DNA of 64,000 nt from positions 564 through 64,563 of the forward strand of contig JAFGFJ010000010.1 of the NCBI GenBank assembly GCA_016931155.1, in the 5' to 3' direction. Source of the DNA: Candidatus Dojkabacteria bacterium. GTDB taxonomy: Bacteria > Patescibacteriota > Dojkabacteria > B142 > JAFGFJ01. This document shows, piece after piece, positions 11,732 through 22,018 of this stretch (its first letter is position 1; every line of letters starts with the position of its first letter). The notes under the pieces were generated by a model. That model did not search any database, was not told where the DNA came from, and saw nothing but the letters and a program-made list of their open reading frames with translations. The position numbers and the translations under genes were made by a program.

Positions 11732-11946
11732 TTGTCCGAATTAATTTGGTTAGGCTAAGAAAGGATCAATTGGAACGTCCGAATTATGATACTACTTCAA
11801 TCAAACATAAGCAACTCAGAAAAATAATAAGTAATATTTTAATTATCGTTCCAGTCATTTGATATCATTTTTAAAATTGAAGAAGACTCTGCAGATTTGC
11901 AAACAACCAGAAAATCGGCCAATCAGGTTTGAAATAAAATGTCAAA

Positions 11947-12609
11947 TTATTCAACTACTGTAATAGTCAGTTGTACTTTTTCTAATTTTTCATCCGTTTC
12001 TCTATTCCCAATATCTTTTAGCCAAAGCTGAAGAGTTGAAATACCATGCCCGGATTGTTTTGCAGTATCCATAATTTCAGCTAGTGAGATGGATGGTACA
12101 ATCTTGCCATCAGAACCAAGCATCCCTCTGTCAGTACATCGACAGTTTGAATTGTGACAATATTTATTCGAATCCACAACTTCGAATGAGACATCAGCAA
12201 CATTTGGATTTGATACACTGAGTAGAACTTTATCAGGATCACAATTTTTCAGTACAAAATCGAATACCCTGTCAAAATTCACAACGACAAATGCATTGTC
12301 TATAAATATATTTGGAGAAAAAGCCACAGTCGCTCTACATTGTCCATGATCATTTACCAATCTGGTTCTAACATAAGCTTCCCTACACTCTTTCTCGCCC
12401 TTTTCATTTAATACATCTCCTGTCTGAAGTCTATCGCCCGGAATATAGCTTACACCTTTAACAATTGCACCCATAATGTGGGACAATATCCTTGGAGTAG
12501 ATGTTCTCTCGGGAGTAATATCGGGAGTAATAACAGTACCTTCACTTAATTCTACTGGTATACTCAAATCCCCACTGCTTGATAGCTGTTCACCTTTACC
12601 TAAAGGCAT
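11947..12609 (-). CDS. Hypothetical protein
   Basis: 220-aa ORF with ATG start, no recognisable motif; contains CHNSNCRC. Confidence 0.6.
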   Translation of the reverse strand: MPLGKGEQLSSSGDLSIPVELSEGTVITPDITPERTSTPRILSHIMGAIVKGVSYIPGDRLQTGDVLNEKGEKECREAYVRTRLVNDHGQCRATVAFSPNIFIDNAFVVVNFDRVFDFVLKNCDPDKVLLSVSNPNVADVSFEVVDSNKYCHNSNCRCTDRGMLGSDGKIVPSISLAEIMDTAKQSGHGISTLQLWLKDIGNRETDEKLEKVQLTITVVE

Positions 12610-12775
12610 AAATGATGTGATAAAAAATATTGATTGGGCAATTGATAGTGCTGGATTATATCACCGGACAAAGTCATCTTCAATGCTTTAGGTAACACTT
12701 TCCATCTATCTAAAAATCTACAGGCTTCTCCCATAGATTTATAATCCGTTACACTAATAGATTATTTACTTCAAA

Positions 12776-15613
12776 TCAGCTCTTAAGCTCAGCCCAGTTT
12801 TTTCCAAATCCAACATCCACCGCCATTGGCACATCAAGTTTTGCACATTCCATCATTATCTTTTCAATTGTCTCAATAACCCCTTTATATTTTTTATCCT
12901 CCATCAAAATTTCCTTCTTTGACTCACCTTGAACTTCAAAAACAAGTTCATCGTGCACCTGCAAAATCATCTTTATATTTGTATTTTTTGTGAATTCGTC
13001 AATTTCTATCATTGCCATTTTTATCTGGTCGGCAGCTGTTCCCTGAATCGGGAAATTTATTACCTCCCTTTCTGTTGCAGATCTTATCCGGAAATTGGGA
13101 GACATAAGTCCAGAAGTCTCCCGCCTTCTTCCATACAAAGTTTCTACAAAACCTTTTTTCCCCACTTCATTGAGTAGCCTGTCAAAATAGTCCCTTACCC
13201 CGGGATAAGTTTCAAAATATGTATTTATAAATTCCTGTGCCAATTCTCTTTCAATCTTCAGTCTGTCAGAAAGTCCAAATGCTGAGATTCCGTATATCAC
13301 ACTGAAATTAATCGTCTTCCCACTTGATCTTTCCTCTCTCGTCACGTCTTTCAAATCCTTGTTGAAAATTTTTGATGCAGTAAGAGCATGTACATCAACA
13401 CCATTTTTGTAAGCCTCTTCCAGTGCTTTATCTTTAGTAAGGTGAGCAAGTATTCGGAGCTCCTGTTGTGAATAGTCAAATGCTATAAGAATATTCTTAT
13501 TGTCCGCAACAAAGGATTTCCTGATCTCCTGACCAATGTTTGTTGCAACAGGAATATTTTGTAGATTAGGATTTGTTGAAGAAAGCCTGCCGGTTGAGGC
13601 AATCGTCTGATTGTAGGAGGTATGAATCCTGCCTGTATGTTTATTTACACAATCAATCAAAGCATCAGTATATGTTGAATTCAATTTCGAAAGTTCGCGA
13701 TAATCAAGTAGCTTTGGAACCATCGGATGGGACTCTTTATAGTCACGAAGTATCCGCTCATCTGTCGAGTATCCACCCGTCTTTGTTTTCTTTCCTCCAG
13801 GGAGCCCCAATTCCTCAAAAAGTACCTGCCCCACTTGCTTTGGAGATTCGATATTAAATTCATGCCCCACATCCTTAAAAATACTTTCCCTTAACTTTGC
13901 AATACTTTCTTCCAATGTCCTTTTAAAATTCTTTAGATAGTCTTTATTGAGTTTCACCCCGTTTCTCTCCATTCTCAAAAGCACCTTGGTGGTGGGCATC
14001 TCAATATCATAAAAGAGCCGGGTCTGATTCCACCCATCTTTGCCGGATTTCTGGGAGAGCTCATTTACAAACTTTTTATAAAGCTTCCATGTCGCATCAG
14101 CATCGGCACATGCATAGTACCCAAGAGTTTCCAGATCCACATTTTTGATATCAAAATCTCTCGCCCTGGAAGAAAAAACGCTTTCAAAATCTTCAAGCTC
14201 CATCCCGAGATGGTTGAATGCCAGATCTTTAAGACCGTTTCTTCCATTCCCACCAGATAGCACATAATTTGCAATCATGGTATCAAAATAGACTCCTTTA
14301 AGGGTTATCCCAAAGTTTTCTAAAATGTGCATATCATATTTAATATTATGAGCAATTTTTTTGATCTTTTGATTTTCAAAGATTTTCTTGAGCTTCCTCT
14401 TTATTTCAGGAGTAATGAGTTTGACAGGAAGATAAAATGCCTCATTTTCCGTAAAACAGAAAGACATTCCTACTACTTTGGCTTCCATAAAGTCCAGGGA
14501 TGTTGTTTCAGTATCAAATGCATACTTCTCTTGTGTAGAAAGGTTTGAGATAAATTTTCCCACACCCTTTTTCGAGAGGATTATATACCCTTGCCTGGAA
14601 GAATTATTTACGGGTTTCTCTCTATCCCTGTCTTCTTTTGGAAAGATCTCCATCCCCGTAAACATACTATGCTGAAAGGCCTCTGCCCTCATTCCCACTC
14701 TTTCCTTTTCTTTGGTATTTTCTTCTTCCCCATTTTTACTTTTTGGAAGTTTTACAAGAAGTGACCTGAATTCAAGCTCTTGAAATAATTTTTTAACCTC
14801 AGAAATATTGTAATCCTGAAGCTCTGCCTCTCTTAAATCAAATTCAATTGGGACATTTCTATCTATTGTAGCCAGCATTTTACTAAGTTCTGCTTGTTCA
14901 ATCCCTTCCTGTAATTTCTTCTTAAGCCCTACTGGCTCTACTTTTTCAATGTTCTTGTAAATATTATCCAAATGTCCGAATTTAGTTATAAGGTCGGTAG
15001 CACCTTTATCTCCAATCCCCTTTACTCCGGGAATATTATCTGATGGATCTCCTTTCAAGGCTTTGAAATCAACAACAAAATCGGGACCGAAACCCATCTT
15101 TTCTTTTACCTCTTCAGCAGTATACAACTGCGACTGACTGAAACTCCCGCCTGACATATAAACCTTTGTATCGTTATCAACCAGCTGAAAAATGTCTTTA
15201 TCGCCGGTTACTATTATTTTTTCATACTTCCCTCCGTTGAATTTTTCGACGATTGTCCCGATTACGTCATCAGCTTCAAAACCTTCAACTTCAAGAATTG
15301 GAATATTAAAGGCTTTTACAATTTCTTTTACTCTTGGAAACTGATTTCTAAGTTCTGTATCAACTTCTGGTCTCTGCGCTTTATAATTTGCATACTGACT
15401 GAGCCTCACCGTAGGTTTCCTGTCAAAAGCGGCAACAACATACTCAGGATGAAATTTTTCCAGAACTTCGAGAAGCAGCTTTGTAAAACCGTAAACGGCA
15501 TTCACCTGCTCACCTTTTGTTGTTGCAATGTTTGGGGGAAACGCATGATATGCACGATGAACCAATGCGTGGGAATCGATAAGAAGAATTGTACCCCTCA
15601 AGCCTTTTGCCAT
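12776..15613 (-). CDS. polA: DNA polymerase I (5'-3' exo, intact 3'-5' exo, polymerase)
   Basis: LLIDSH..HRAYHA, EADDVIG, FDTETT/HNIKYD/YACADAD, TGRLSSTNPNLQNIP, DYSQQELRILAH, LQVHDELV. Confidence 0.97.
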   Translation of the reverse strand: MAKGLRGTILLIDSHALVHRAYHAFPPNIATTKGEQVNAVYGFTKLLLEVLEKFHPEYVVAAFDRKPTVRLSQYANYKAQRPEVDTELRNQFPRVKEIVKAFNIPILEVEGFEADDVIGTIVEKFNGGKYEKIIVTGDKDIFQLVDNDTKVYMSGGSFSQSQLYTAEEVKEKMGFGPDFVVDFKALKGDPSDNIPGVKGIGDKGATDLITKFGHLDNIYKNIEKVEPVGLKKKLQEGIEQAELSKMLATIDRNVPIEFDLREAELQDYNISEVKKLFQELEFRSLLVKLPKSKNGEEENTKEKERVGMRAEAFQHSMFTGMEIFPKEDRDREKPVNNSSRQGYIILSKKGVGKFISNLSTQEKYAFDTETTSLDFMEAKVVGMSFCFTENEAFYLPVKLITPEIKRKLKKIFENQKIKKIAHNIKYDMHILENFGITLKGVYFDTMIANYVLSGGNGRNGLKDLAFNHLGMELEDFESVFSSRARDFDIKNVDLETLGYYACADADATWKLYKKFVNELSQKSGKDGWNQTRLFYDIEMPTTKVLLRMERNGVKLNKDYLKNFKRTLEESIAKLRESIFKDVGHEFNIESPKQVGQVLFEELGLPGGKKTKTGGYSTDERILRDYKESHPMVPKLLDYRELSKLNSTYTDALIDCVNKHTGRIHTSYNQTIASTGRLSSTNPNLQNIPVATNIGQEIRKSFVADNKNILIAFDYSQQELRILAHLTKDKALEEAYKNGVDVHALTASKIFNKDLKDVTREERSSGKTINFSVIYGISAFGLSDRLKIERELAQEFINTYFETYPGVRDYFDRLLNEVGKKGFVETLYGRRRETSGLMSPNFRIRSATEREVINFPIQGTAADQIKMAMIEIDEFTKNTNIKMILQVHDELVFEVQGESKKEILMEDKKYKGVIETIEKIMMECAKLDVPMAVDVGFGKNWAELKS

Positions 15614-15627
15614 ACAAAATTATACGG

Positions 15628-17904
15628 CTATTTGATCAAAGCCTCAAATTCTTCACTTTCAATCACTTCTCTTTCAAGGAGAAACTTGACCAGTTTGTTA
15701 AGCTTGGCTTTGTGCTTGATTATTATTGCTTTTGCTTCCGAATACGCCTCATTAATAATTCTCTTAACTTCTGCATCTATTTGATTTGCTGTTTCTTCCG
15801 AATAGTCCCTCTGCTCACCATATCCATACCCGAGATACTGAAGCTCGTTTGATTCACCATATTTCACAAGACCAAGTTTTTTGCTCATTCCAAACCTTTT
15901 TATCATATTTCTAGCAATTGAAGTTGCCTTTTCAATGTCGTTTGAAGCTCCACTTGTCACATCTTTATAAATAATCTCTTCAGCTGCTCTTCCTCCCATC
16001 AACACCTTAAGCCTTGACATCATTTCTTCTTCAGTCTGCTGAAGCTTATCTTCCTGGGGAAGTTGCATTGTGCTTCCGAGTGAAAGCCCTCTTGATATTA
16101 TGGTAATACGATGCACCGGATCCGATTTTGGAGTATATTTTGCAACAAGAGCGTGCCCTGCCTCATGATATGCAGTCATCTTCAGTTCTTCCTCTGTTCT
16201 CTTTCTCTTCTTTTCAGGTCCAAGAGAAACTTTTGTTGCCGCCTCTTCTATATCATGAGAATTAACTTCCTGTCTGTTAGCTTTTGCAGTAATAATTGCA
16301 GCTTCATTCAGCATATTTTCAAGATCAGCTCCCGAAAAGCCTACAGTTCTTTTTGCAACCCTTTCGAGGTCTACATCTTTTGCAAGAGGCTTATTCTCAG
16401 AATGGATTTTTAAAATCTGTTTTCTTCCTTCGATATCAGGAAGATCAAGAACAATCCTTCTATCAAACCTGCCCGGTCTCAAAATGGCCGGATCAAGAAC
16501 ATCTGGTCTGTTTGTAGCGGCAATTACAATAACTTCTGTGTTTTTCTCAAATCCATCCATTTCAACAAGTATTTGATTTAATGTCTGCTCAGTGGTGCTT
16601 GACTGGATGGTAGTTCCTCTCTTCCTGGCGAGTGCGTCAATTTCGTCGATAAATATAAGTGCAGGTGCCGCTTTTTTTGCTTTAGCAAAAAGGTCACGAA
16701 CCCTTGAGGCTCCGGCTCCAACAAGCATTTCTTCAAATTCTGCCCCAGACGTATGAAAAAATGGAACACCAGCTTCTCCTGCAATTGCTCTTGCTAATAG
16801 CGTTTTTCCCGTTCCAGGAGATCCAACCATAAGGACTCCCTTAGGGATCCTAGCCCCCATTTTCAAAAACTTTGCGGGGTGTTTTAAGAACATAACAATT
16901 TCATTCAGCTCCTCCTTCGCTTCATCAACTCCAGCAACATCCTCAAAGGTTACTTCAGGCTTTCTTCCAAAAAACATCCTCGCCCTGCTTTCGCCGAACT
17001 GCGAAAGCTTGCTGCCTGAACCTTGTATTCCTCTAATAAGGAAAAATGCAATAAGGACAAGTCCCAAAAGACTGATCAAAGAAACTATATCACCCCATGG
17101 AATCTTCGTTGTCTGCACCGAATTAATCTGAACATTAATTGAGTCAAATGATATTCCCTCGTCCTGCAAAAATCTTGCAAAATCCTCTGTAAAATTTGTA
17201 TTTACATACTCTCTTGAAAAATTTTTCGTATTGAGAAGAGCATAAGTATTTCCCTCCAGTATCCAGACATCAGAAATTCCACCATTTCGAAACACTGACT
17301 TTATTTCTTCAACAGAAGAATCTTTACTGGCACTTTTTAGAAAATATACTTTTGCTGAAAGATTCGAGATATTCAATCCTTTTTCGTTCAAACCGCTCCG
17401 AAATTTCTCTTCATCGATCTCTCTCACCAGATAGTCCTCACCATTTTTTTTGAGTCTTTTGCCTATGATAAAATCGTTGCCGACTACAATTTCCGTAACG
17501 TCCTTACTGTCATCTCCTTTAAATGCGTTGATAACATCATTGAATGTTGGCGGTTTAATCAAGGTAGAAAATTCATCAAAGGAAATCTCCTTGAATTCCC
17601 CCTCTTTCACTGTATCTGCATTTTCAAGGTCAGAAATATCAACAGTACCTTCTACCTGAAAAATAAATTTTGATAGCCCGACTGCCTTTCTATCATCCCT
17701 GATATCCATAACCGCATATTTATTGTTTTTCAAATTTGCCTCAAATTCACTTATAGTAATCTCATCGCCCAAATTATTTTCTTGCGATCTTGTATACATC
17801 CCCAGACCGATAAATCCAAAGAAAATCAAAACTGAAATGATGAACATGGGACTGATTCTAATCCTAAGTGTTTTCATCCTGTTGTTGTTTTTTTTGTAAT
17901 CCAT
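15628..17904 (-). CDS. ftsH: ATP-dependent zinc metalloprotease FtsH with enlarged extracytoplasmic region
   Basis: Two TMs, [40 protein letters not shown]. Confidence 0.97.
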   Translation of the reverse strand: MDYKKNNNRMKTLRIRISPMFIISVLIFFGFIGLGMYTRSQENNLGDEITISEFEANLKNNKYAVMDIRDDRKAVGLSKFIFQVEGTVDISDLENADTVKEGEFKEISFDEFSTLIKPPTFNDVINAFKGDDSKDVTEIVVGNDFIIGKRLKKNGEDYLVREIDEEKFRSGLNEKGLNISNLSAKVYFLKSASKDSSVEEIKSVFRNGGISDVWILEGNTYALLNTKNFSREYVNTNFTEDFARFLQDEGISFDSINVQINSVQTTKIPWGDIVSLISLLGLVLIAFFLIRGIQGSGSKLSQFGESRARMFFGRKPEVTFEDVAGVDEAKEELNEIVMFLKHPAKFLKMGARIPKGVLMVGSPGTGKTLLARAIAGEAGVPFFHTSGAEFEEMLVGAGASRVRDLFAKAKKAAPALIFIDEIDALARKRGTTIQSSTTEQTLNQILVEMDGFEKNTEVIVIAATNRPDVLDPAILRPGRFDRRIVLDLPDIEGRKQILKIHSENKPLAKDVDLERVAKRTVGFSGADLENMLNEAAIITAKANRQEVNSHDIEEAATKVSLGPEKKRKRTEEELKMTAYHEAGHALVAKYTPKSDPVHRITIISRGLSLGSTMQLPQEDKLQQTEEEMMSRLKVLMGGRAAEEIIYKDVTSGASNDIEKATSIARNMIKRFGMSKKLGLVKYGESNELQYLGYGYGEQRDYSEETANQIDAEVKRIINEAYSEAKAIIIKHKAKLNKLVKFLLEREVIESEEFEALIK

Positions 17905-17929
17905 AAAATTTCTGCAGAAATAATATCGA

Positions 17930-18006
17930 TGGTAGCAAGGGTGGGGATCGAACCCACGACCTCGGGCTTATGAGTCCCGCGCTCTAACCAACTGAGCTAC
18001 CTTGCT
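17930..18006 (-). tRNA. tRNA with CAU anticodon, probably elongator Met
   Basis: AGCAAGG TAGCTCAG...CGGGA CT CAT AA GCCCG...GTTCGATCC...CCTTGCT ACCA; 1:72 is paired. Confidence 0.9.
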
Positions 18007-18120
18007 TCAATCGTGGAACCCAAGAATTATACACTAGTAAGTGCATATGAAGAAAGAATTTTACTGCGGTCAATCACAGGCAACCCCAAACTCACCGAAT
18101 AAATCAGCAATACCGGCGTT

Positions 18121-19152
18121 TCAAACATTCAGTTGATTTCTGATCCCAAGAGTTTCATAAACCTCAGTCATCGTCTTTTTAGAGATTTCCCCCGCTTTCT
18201 CCGCTCCTTTTTCCAGGATTTCTCTAACCAGATCCAGATTATTTTCAAGCTCTTTTCTTCTCTTTCTTGCAGGATCAAAAAGCCTCATATGCGCCGTAAA
18301 AAGCCTATCCTTCACCTCGACATCTCCAACTTTCCCCTCTCTATACCTCTTTTTCAAGTCTTCTACTTCGGATTTGTCGTCATTTATCAAGTCGTGATAT
18401 TGAAAAACAGGATTTCCTTCCACCTTTCCTGGATCCGTTGATTTTTTCCTGTTTGGATCTGTATACGAACTCATTATCTGCTTCTTTATTAAGCTTTCAT
18501 CCTCAAAAATTCCAATTATATTTCCAAGACTTTTACTCATTTTCCTTTTTCCGTCCGTCCCGACTATTTTTCCTGTCTCTTTCGAAATAACCGCCTCAGG
18601 AAGCGGAAAAATCTCTTTCCCATAGGCTTTATTGAAGCTTTCCGCCATATCTCTTGTTATCTCTACATGCTGTCTCTGATCCTCACCAACAGGAACACCA
18701 TCAGGCTTGTAAAGAAGAATATCCGCCGCCATAAGAATTGGGTAATTGAAAAGGCCCATATTTATAGAGTCCTGATTTGTACCTTTTTGAAGTTTGTCTT
18801 TGAATGCGTGCATCCTTTTCATATGCCCGTAAGAAATATAGTTTCCCAGAACAACGGTCAGAAGTGAATGCTCAGGAACATCCGACTGCCTGAAGAATGT
18901 AGCTTTATCCGGATCGAGTCCAAGAGCAAGGTAATCCAGAACCACATTTGTTATGTTACCTTTTAGCTCTTCGCTGTTATGAACAGTGGTAAGTGCATGC
19001 AAATCAGCAATGAAAAGAAATGCGCCACCGGAGTTTTCCTGAAGCTCAATTGCAGGCTTTGCCATGCCAAAGTAGTTTCCGATATGCATGGAAGAGCCAC
19101 TCGGAGTTATTCCGGAAACTACACGATAATTTCCACTCTTTATTTTATCCAT
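18121..19152 (-). CDS. trpS: Tryptophan--tRNA ligase
   Basis: HIGN, ADLHALT, YPILMAADILLY, VPVGEDQRQH, KMSKS. Confidence 0.97.
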   Translation of the reverse strand: MDKIKSGNYRVVSGITPSGSSMHIGNYFGMAKPAIELQENSGGAFLFIADLHALTTVHNSEELKGNITNVVLDYLALGLDPDKATFFRQSDVPEHSLLTVVLGNYISYGHMKRMHAFKDKLQKGTNQDSINMGLFNYPILMAADILLYKPDGVPVGEDQRQHVEITRDMAESFNKAYGKEIFPLPEAVISKETGKIVGTDGKRKMSKSLGNIIGIFEDESLIKKQIMSSYTDPNRKKSTDPGKVEGNPVFQYHDLINDDKSEVEDLKKRYREGKVGDVEVKDRLFTAHMRLFDPARKRRKELENNLDLVREILEKGAEKAGEISKKTMTEVYETLGIRNQLNV

Positions 19153-19334
19153 TTTATTTTTGTTTTAATTTAATTAAGAATTTGTCCGGTCATTCTGATA
19201 CTCTTTTACTCATTTTGACACAGTGGAGCTTTGATAATACTTGACTGACTCCGCCTTTCTTTTGTCCGCAAGTCTATAGCCGGTCAGATTTTATCAATAA
19301 TTTTTCTACTCGCAATCTTGTCAAAATTAGAGTC

Positions 19335-19382
19335 AAAAAAAGACCCTTGAAAATCCCCGAACTTCGGAAATTTTCAAGGGTC
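19335..19382 (-). terminator. T-box terminator hairpin
   Basis: GACCCTTGAAAAT..ATTTTCAAGGGTC 13-bp outer stem followed by T7. Confidence 0.9.
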
Positions 19383-19570
19383 CTAAATCTAGGAGGTGCC
19401 ACCCTTTCTTGTCTGATTATTTCTAATCAGACCTTTGTGACTGATAATTATCAGTCCGGATTTCTAACGGTTTCCTTCCGGAGCTTCCTACTCTTTCTCA
19501 AAAGCCTTACAGGACTTAAAAGAAGCTTCAGAAGTCAGCTCAAGGGCCCATTCTCCCCTTCATTGCTTTT
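19335..19570 (-). promoter_or_regulatory. T-box riboswitch (Trp-specific, transcriptional) upstream of trpS
   Basis: K-turn Stem I with UGG in the loop, Stem II GAA/AGUA S-turn, CCGUUA, antiterminator AAGGG-UGGCACC-UCC..GGA-CCCUU, and an overlapping terminator plus U7. Confidence 0.9.
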
Positions 19571-19577
19571 CTATGGA

Positions 19578-19586
19578 ATTATATCA
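19578..19586 (-). promoter_or_regulatory. Extended -10 promoter of the T-box/trpS transcript
   Basis: TGaTATAAT about 8-12 nt upstream of T-box Stem I. Confidence 0.65.
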
Positions 19587-19635
19587 TAAAAAAGATTAAA
19601 ATCTGTCATACTTAAGTTTGCTCCAATTTGCTCCA

Positions 19636-20166
19636 ATGAAAAAAATTCTCATTCTTCTGAGTATTTTTTTGCTTGTTACGGTTATTTCTATTCTTGCCTG
19701 CTTTCTCGTCTATCAAAATTATTTTAAAAAGTATGAATACAACGGAAGATTTTACAGGGTCGGTGAGGGTTTTACGCATATGGATGGGTGTAACTCGTGC
19801 TCATTTACAAAAAAGGGAGAAATGATCTGCACTTTAATGGCTTGTGATAGTGACGAAATTCTAGATGGCGGAATAGAAGATGGCAAGGTTCGTTTGGATT
19901 TCACTTACAAAAACGATGTTTACAAGTACACAGGAGCCGTGCAAAAGCCTACCCCATGTGATGGGGTCACAACCGATGCAATCGTAAGAGAGTCTTCCCC
20001 CGAGCAGGTCACGTTGCAGATTGTCATTGAGCCAAGTGACCAGATATGCGCACAAGTAATTACAGAGGAAGAAATATCAGGGGAAATAAAAGTAAGCAAG
20101 CAGGCCAGGATAGAGGTCACGCTGAATGGAGAAACTGTGAGAGGAGAGGGAGTAAATAATAATTAA
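19636..20166 (+). CDS. Membrane-anchored surface protein with pacifastin/VWC-like Cys motif
   Basis: MKKILILL signal/anchor, DGCNSCSF..ICTLMAC, then a KPTPCD...ICAQVIT domain; the TTG at 19618 is an alternative start. Confidence 0.7.
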   Translation: MKKILILLSIFLLVTVISILACFLVYQNYFKKYEYNGRFYRVGEGFTHMDGCNSCSFTKKGEMICTLMACDSDEILDGGIEDGKVRLDFTYKNDVYKYTGAVQKPTPCDGVTTDAIVRESSPEQVTLQIVIEPSDQICAQVITEEEISGEIKVSKQARIEVTLNGETVRGEGVNNN

Positions 20167-20179
20167 TAATGTTTTAATA

Positions 20180-20776
20180 ATGACCGAAGTTTATCAACCA
20201 GAACAGCTAGTGGAGACTGTCAGGGCATATTTTTTGTCTGTTGTAGAAAAAGCTCCTGACTCAAACAGGAGGGCAAAATATATGCCTCATCATATAGAAA
20301 AAGTTGAAGGCCACGCAAGAGAGCTTCAAAAAATGAATCCTACAGCTGACCACGCTGTTGTTCACATAAGTGTACTTCTTCACGACATAGGTGCCATTCT
20401 TGGAGATCCAGAAGCTGACCACGCAGTAAATTCTGAGATAGAAGCAAGGCGCTTTCTGGGTGGGATATCGGGTGACAAAGAACTAATTGAGACAGTAGCC
20501 CACTGCGTAAGAGCTCACAGAAATGGAGATGTGAAGCCGGAGACACTCGAAGCGAAAATTCTTGTTACTGCAGACTCTGCAAGCCACTTAACCGACGGAA
20601 TCTATATTGAACTAGTTTTAAGAGATGGAACAGAAAAGGCAAAGGAAAAGCTTGAAAGGGATGTCCGCGACCTGGGACTATTTCCTGAGTACGAAGAAAA
20701 GATGAGACCATTATATGAAGCCTGGCAAAACCTGCTCGATGTTTTTCCTGAATCTTCTAATAGTTCCCGGGAATAA
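20180..20776 (+). CDS. HD-domain phosphohydrolase
   Basis: HHIEKV...LLHDIG...HAVNS...AH...TAD. Confidence 0.88.
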   Translation: MTEVYQPEQLVETVRAYFLSVVEKAPDSNRRAKYMPHHIEKVEGHARELQKMNPTADHAVVHISVLLHDIGAILGDPEADHAVNSEIEARRFLGGISGDKELIETVAHCVRAHRNGDVKPETLEAKILVTADSASHLTDGIYIELVLRDGTEKAKEKLERDVRDLGLFPEYEEKMRPLYEAWQNLLDVFPESSNSSRE

Positions 20777-20795
20777 TAATGGTTTCTCAGTACAA

Positions 20796-20870
20796 TGGTT
20801 GCGGGGGTACGATTCGAACGTACGACCTTCAGGTTATGAGCCTGACGAGCTGCCACTGCTCCACCCCGCG
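20796..20870 (-). tRNA. Initiator tRNA-fMet(CAU)
   Basis: CGCGGGGTGGAGCAG...TCAGG CT CAT AA CCTGA...CCCCGCA ACCA; C1:A72 mismatch. Confidence 0.95.
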
Positions 20871-20986
20871 GTGACACTGGATGATACTACATTTAGAATA
20901 GTTTAAGCAATCAGACAAACTGGACGCATTGCTAATCTAAGGCTTATAAAGTATAATCTCTGCAATTAAATACTTACTGAAGCCAG

Positions 20987-21526
20987 ATGAGTGGACCGCA
21001 TACAAACCTCGATATCCTTCAGGAAGAATATCTAAAAACAGCCGCTAATGTTCAGGATCCCCTTCTTTTTGTAAAAAGTGATGTTGAAATACTCAGGTCT
21101 ATTGCAGAAAAGTCAGATTTGGAGAACTTACAAAACTACAAACGAAAGGAAGATGTAAAACTGCTGTACGAAGTGGCTATGAAATCAGCCCCAAAGGGCT
21201 CAGAGGTACTAAGCACAGATAAGAAAATAGGAGAAAAGGCAAGGAAAGAAATACTACTTGGAATAATCTCCCTCTTAGGAGGGTATCACGAATCACATGA
21301 GGAAAGCTTAATGCACTCACAAGATAGGCTTGAGAGATTTTTGACGCTTCAAAGAGTCGACATACTCAGAGATAGCGTAAGAAATGCTTATCTACACATA
21401 CTAAATCGCTCTTCATCAGAAGTTGATTTTGGCAAATACTTCCCAGGATTATCTGAAGAAGCAGTCCAAGAAAATTTAGATGGGGAACAAGAATCAGATC
21501 CTTCACCGCCCCCAATATTATCATAA
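20987..21526 (+). CDS. Hypothetical protein
   Basis: 179-aa ORF after a TATAAT; stop overlaps the next start (TAATG). Confidence 0.65.
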   Translation: MSGPHTNLDILQEEYLKTAANVQDPLLFVKSDVEILRSIAEKSDLENLQNYKRKEDVKLLYEVAMKSAPKGSEVLSTDKKIGEKARKEILLGIISLLGGYHESHEESLMHSQDRLERFLTLQRVDILRDSVRNAYLHILNRSSSEVDFGKYFPGLSEEAVQENLDGEQESDPSPPPILS

Positions 21527-22008
21527 TGAGCGATTTAGACCCAGGAATTGAAAAATTGTCTGAGAAACCAGGTCCAGGAACTAGAGAGTCTATCAATAAC
21601 GTTCATCTTATCTGCAGTTTTCTCCTACCCACCACTGATAATCCTATCTGGCAAAATAGAGTTAAAAATGGTTCCGGGGAACTCTGGGAATTTGCATTTG
21701 GGAGACTTATTCATCAAGATAAATTAATCACAAGAGGGCTCATGCCTTCTGATACAATTTCCGTAGAGTCAAAAGCGAAGTGGTTCCCTAATGAGGAAAA
21801 TCTTCTTGTTAAACTCAATAGAATCAGTGCAGAGAATTACTCACTTTCTATTTATAGAGATTATGTTATTAAAGCTAAAATTCTATTCGGGGAGGGCGAC
21901 ATAATTCTTGAAATAGACAGGGAGCTTGCAACTAACCCAATAGAAAGGCAAAAGCTCCTTATTTTAGCTATGCTTACCCTTAGAAAAGAGCTAGAATCTA
22001 CAAGATAA
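21526..22008 (+). CDS. Hypothetical protein
   Basis: 160-aa ORF translationally coupled to the previous gene. Confidence 0.65.
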   Translation: MSDLDPGIEKLSEKPGPGTRESINNVHLICSFLLPTTDNPIWQNRVKNGSGELWEFAFGRLIHQDKLITRGLMPSDTISVESKAKWFPNEENLLVKLNRISAENYSLSIYRDYVIKAKILFGEGDIILEIDRELATNPIERQKLLILAMLTLRKELESTR

Positions 22009-22018
22009 AAAGAATCAA

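Noticed and set aside
17930-18006. tRNA-Ile2(CAU) assignment
   Set aside because: Sequence resembles elongator Met, and an Ile(UAU) gene is present; cannot be fully excluded without isotype models.
9387-18123. UGA recoding (genetic code 25)
   Set aside because: fic, polA and trpS end in TGA at the expected C-termini, and long genes are uninterrupted under code 11.
20602-20906. ORFs spanning tRNA-fMet
   Set aside because: They overlap the tRNA gene and the HD gene antisense; no coding signal.
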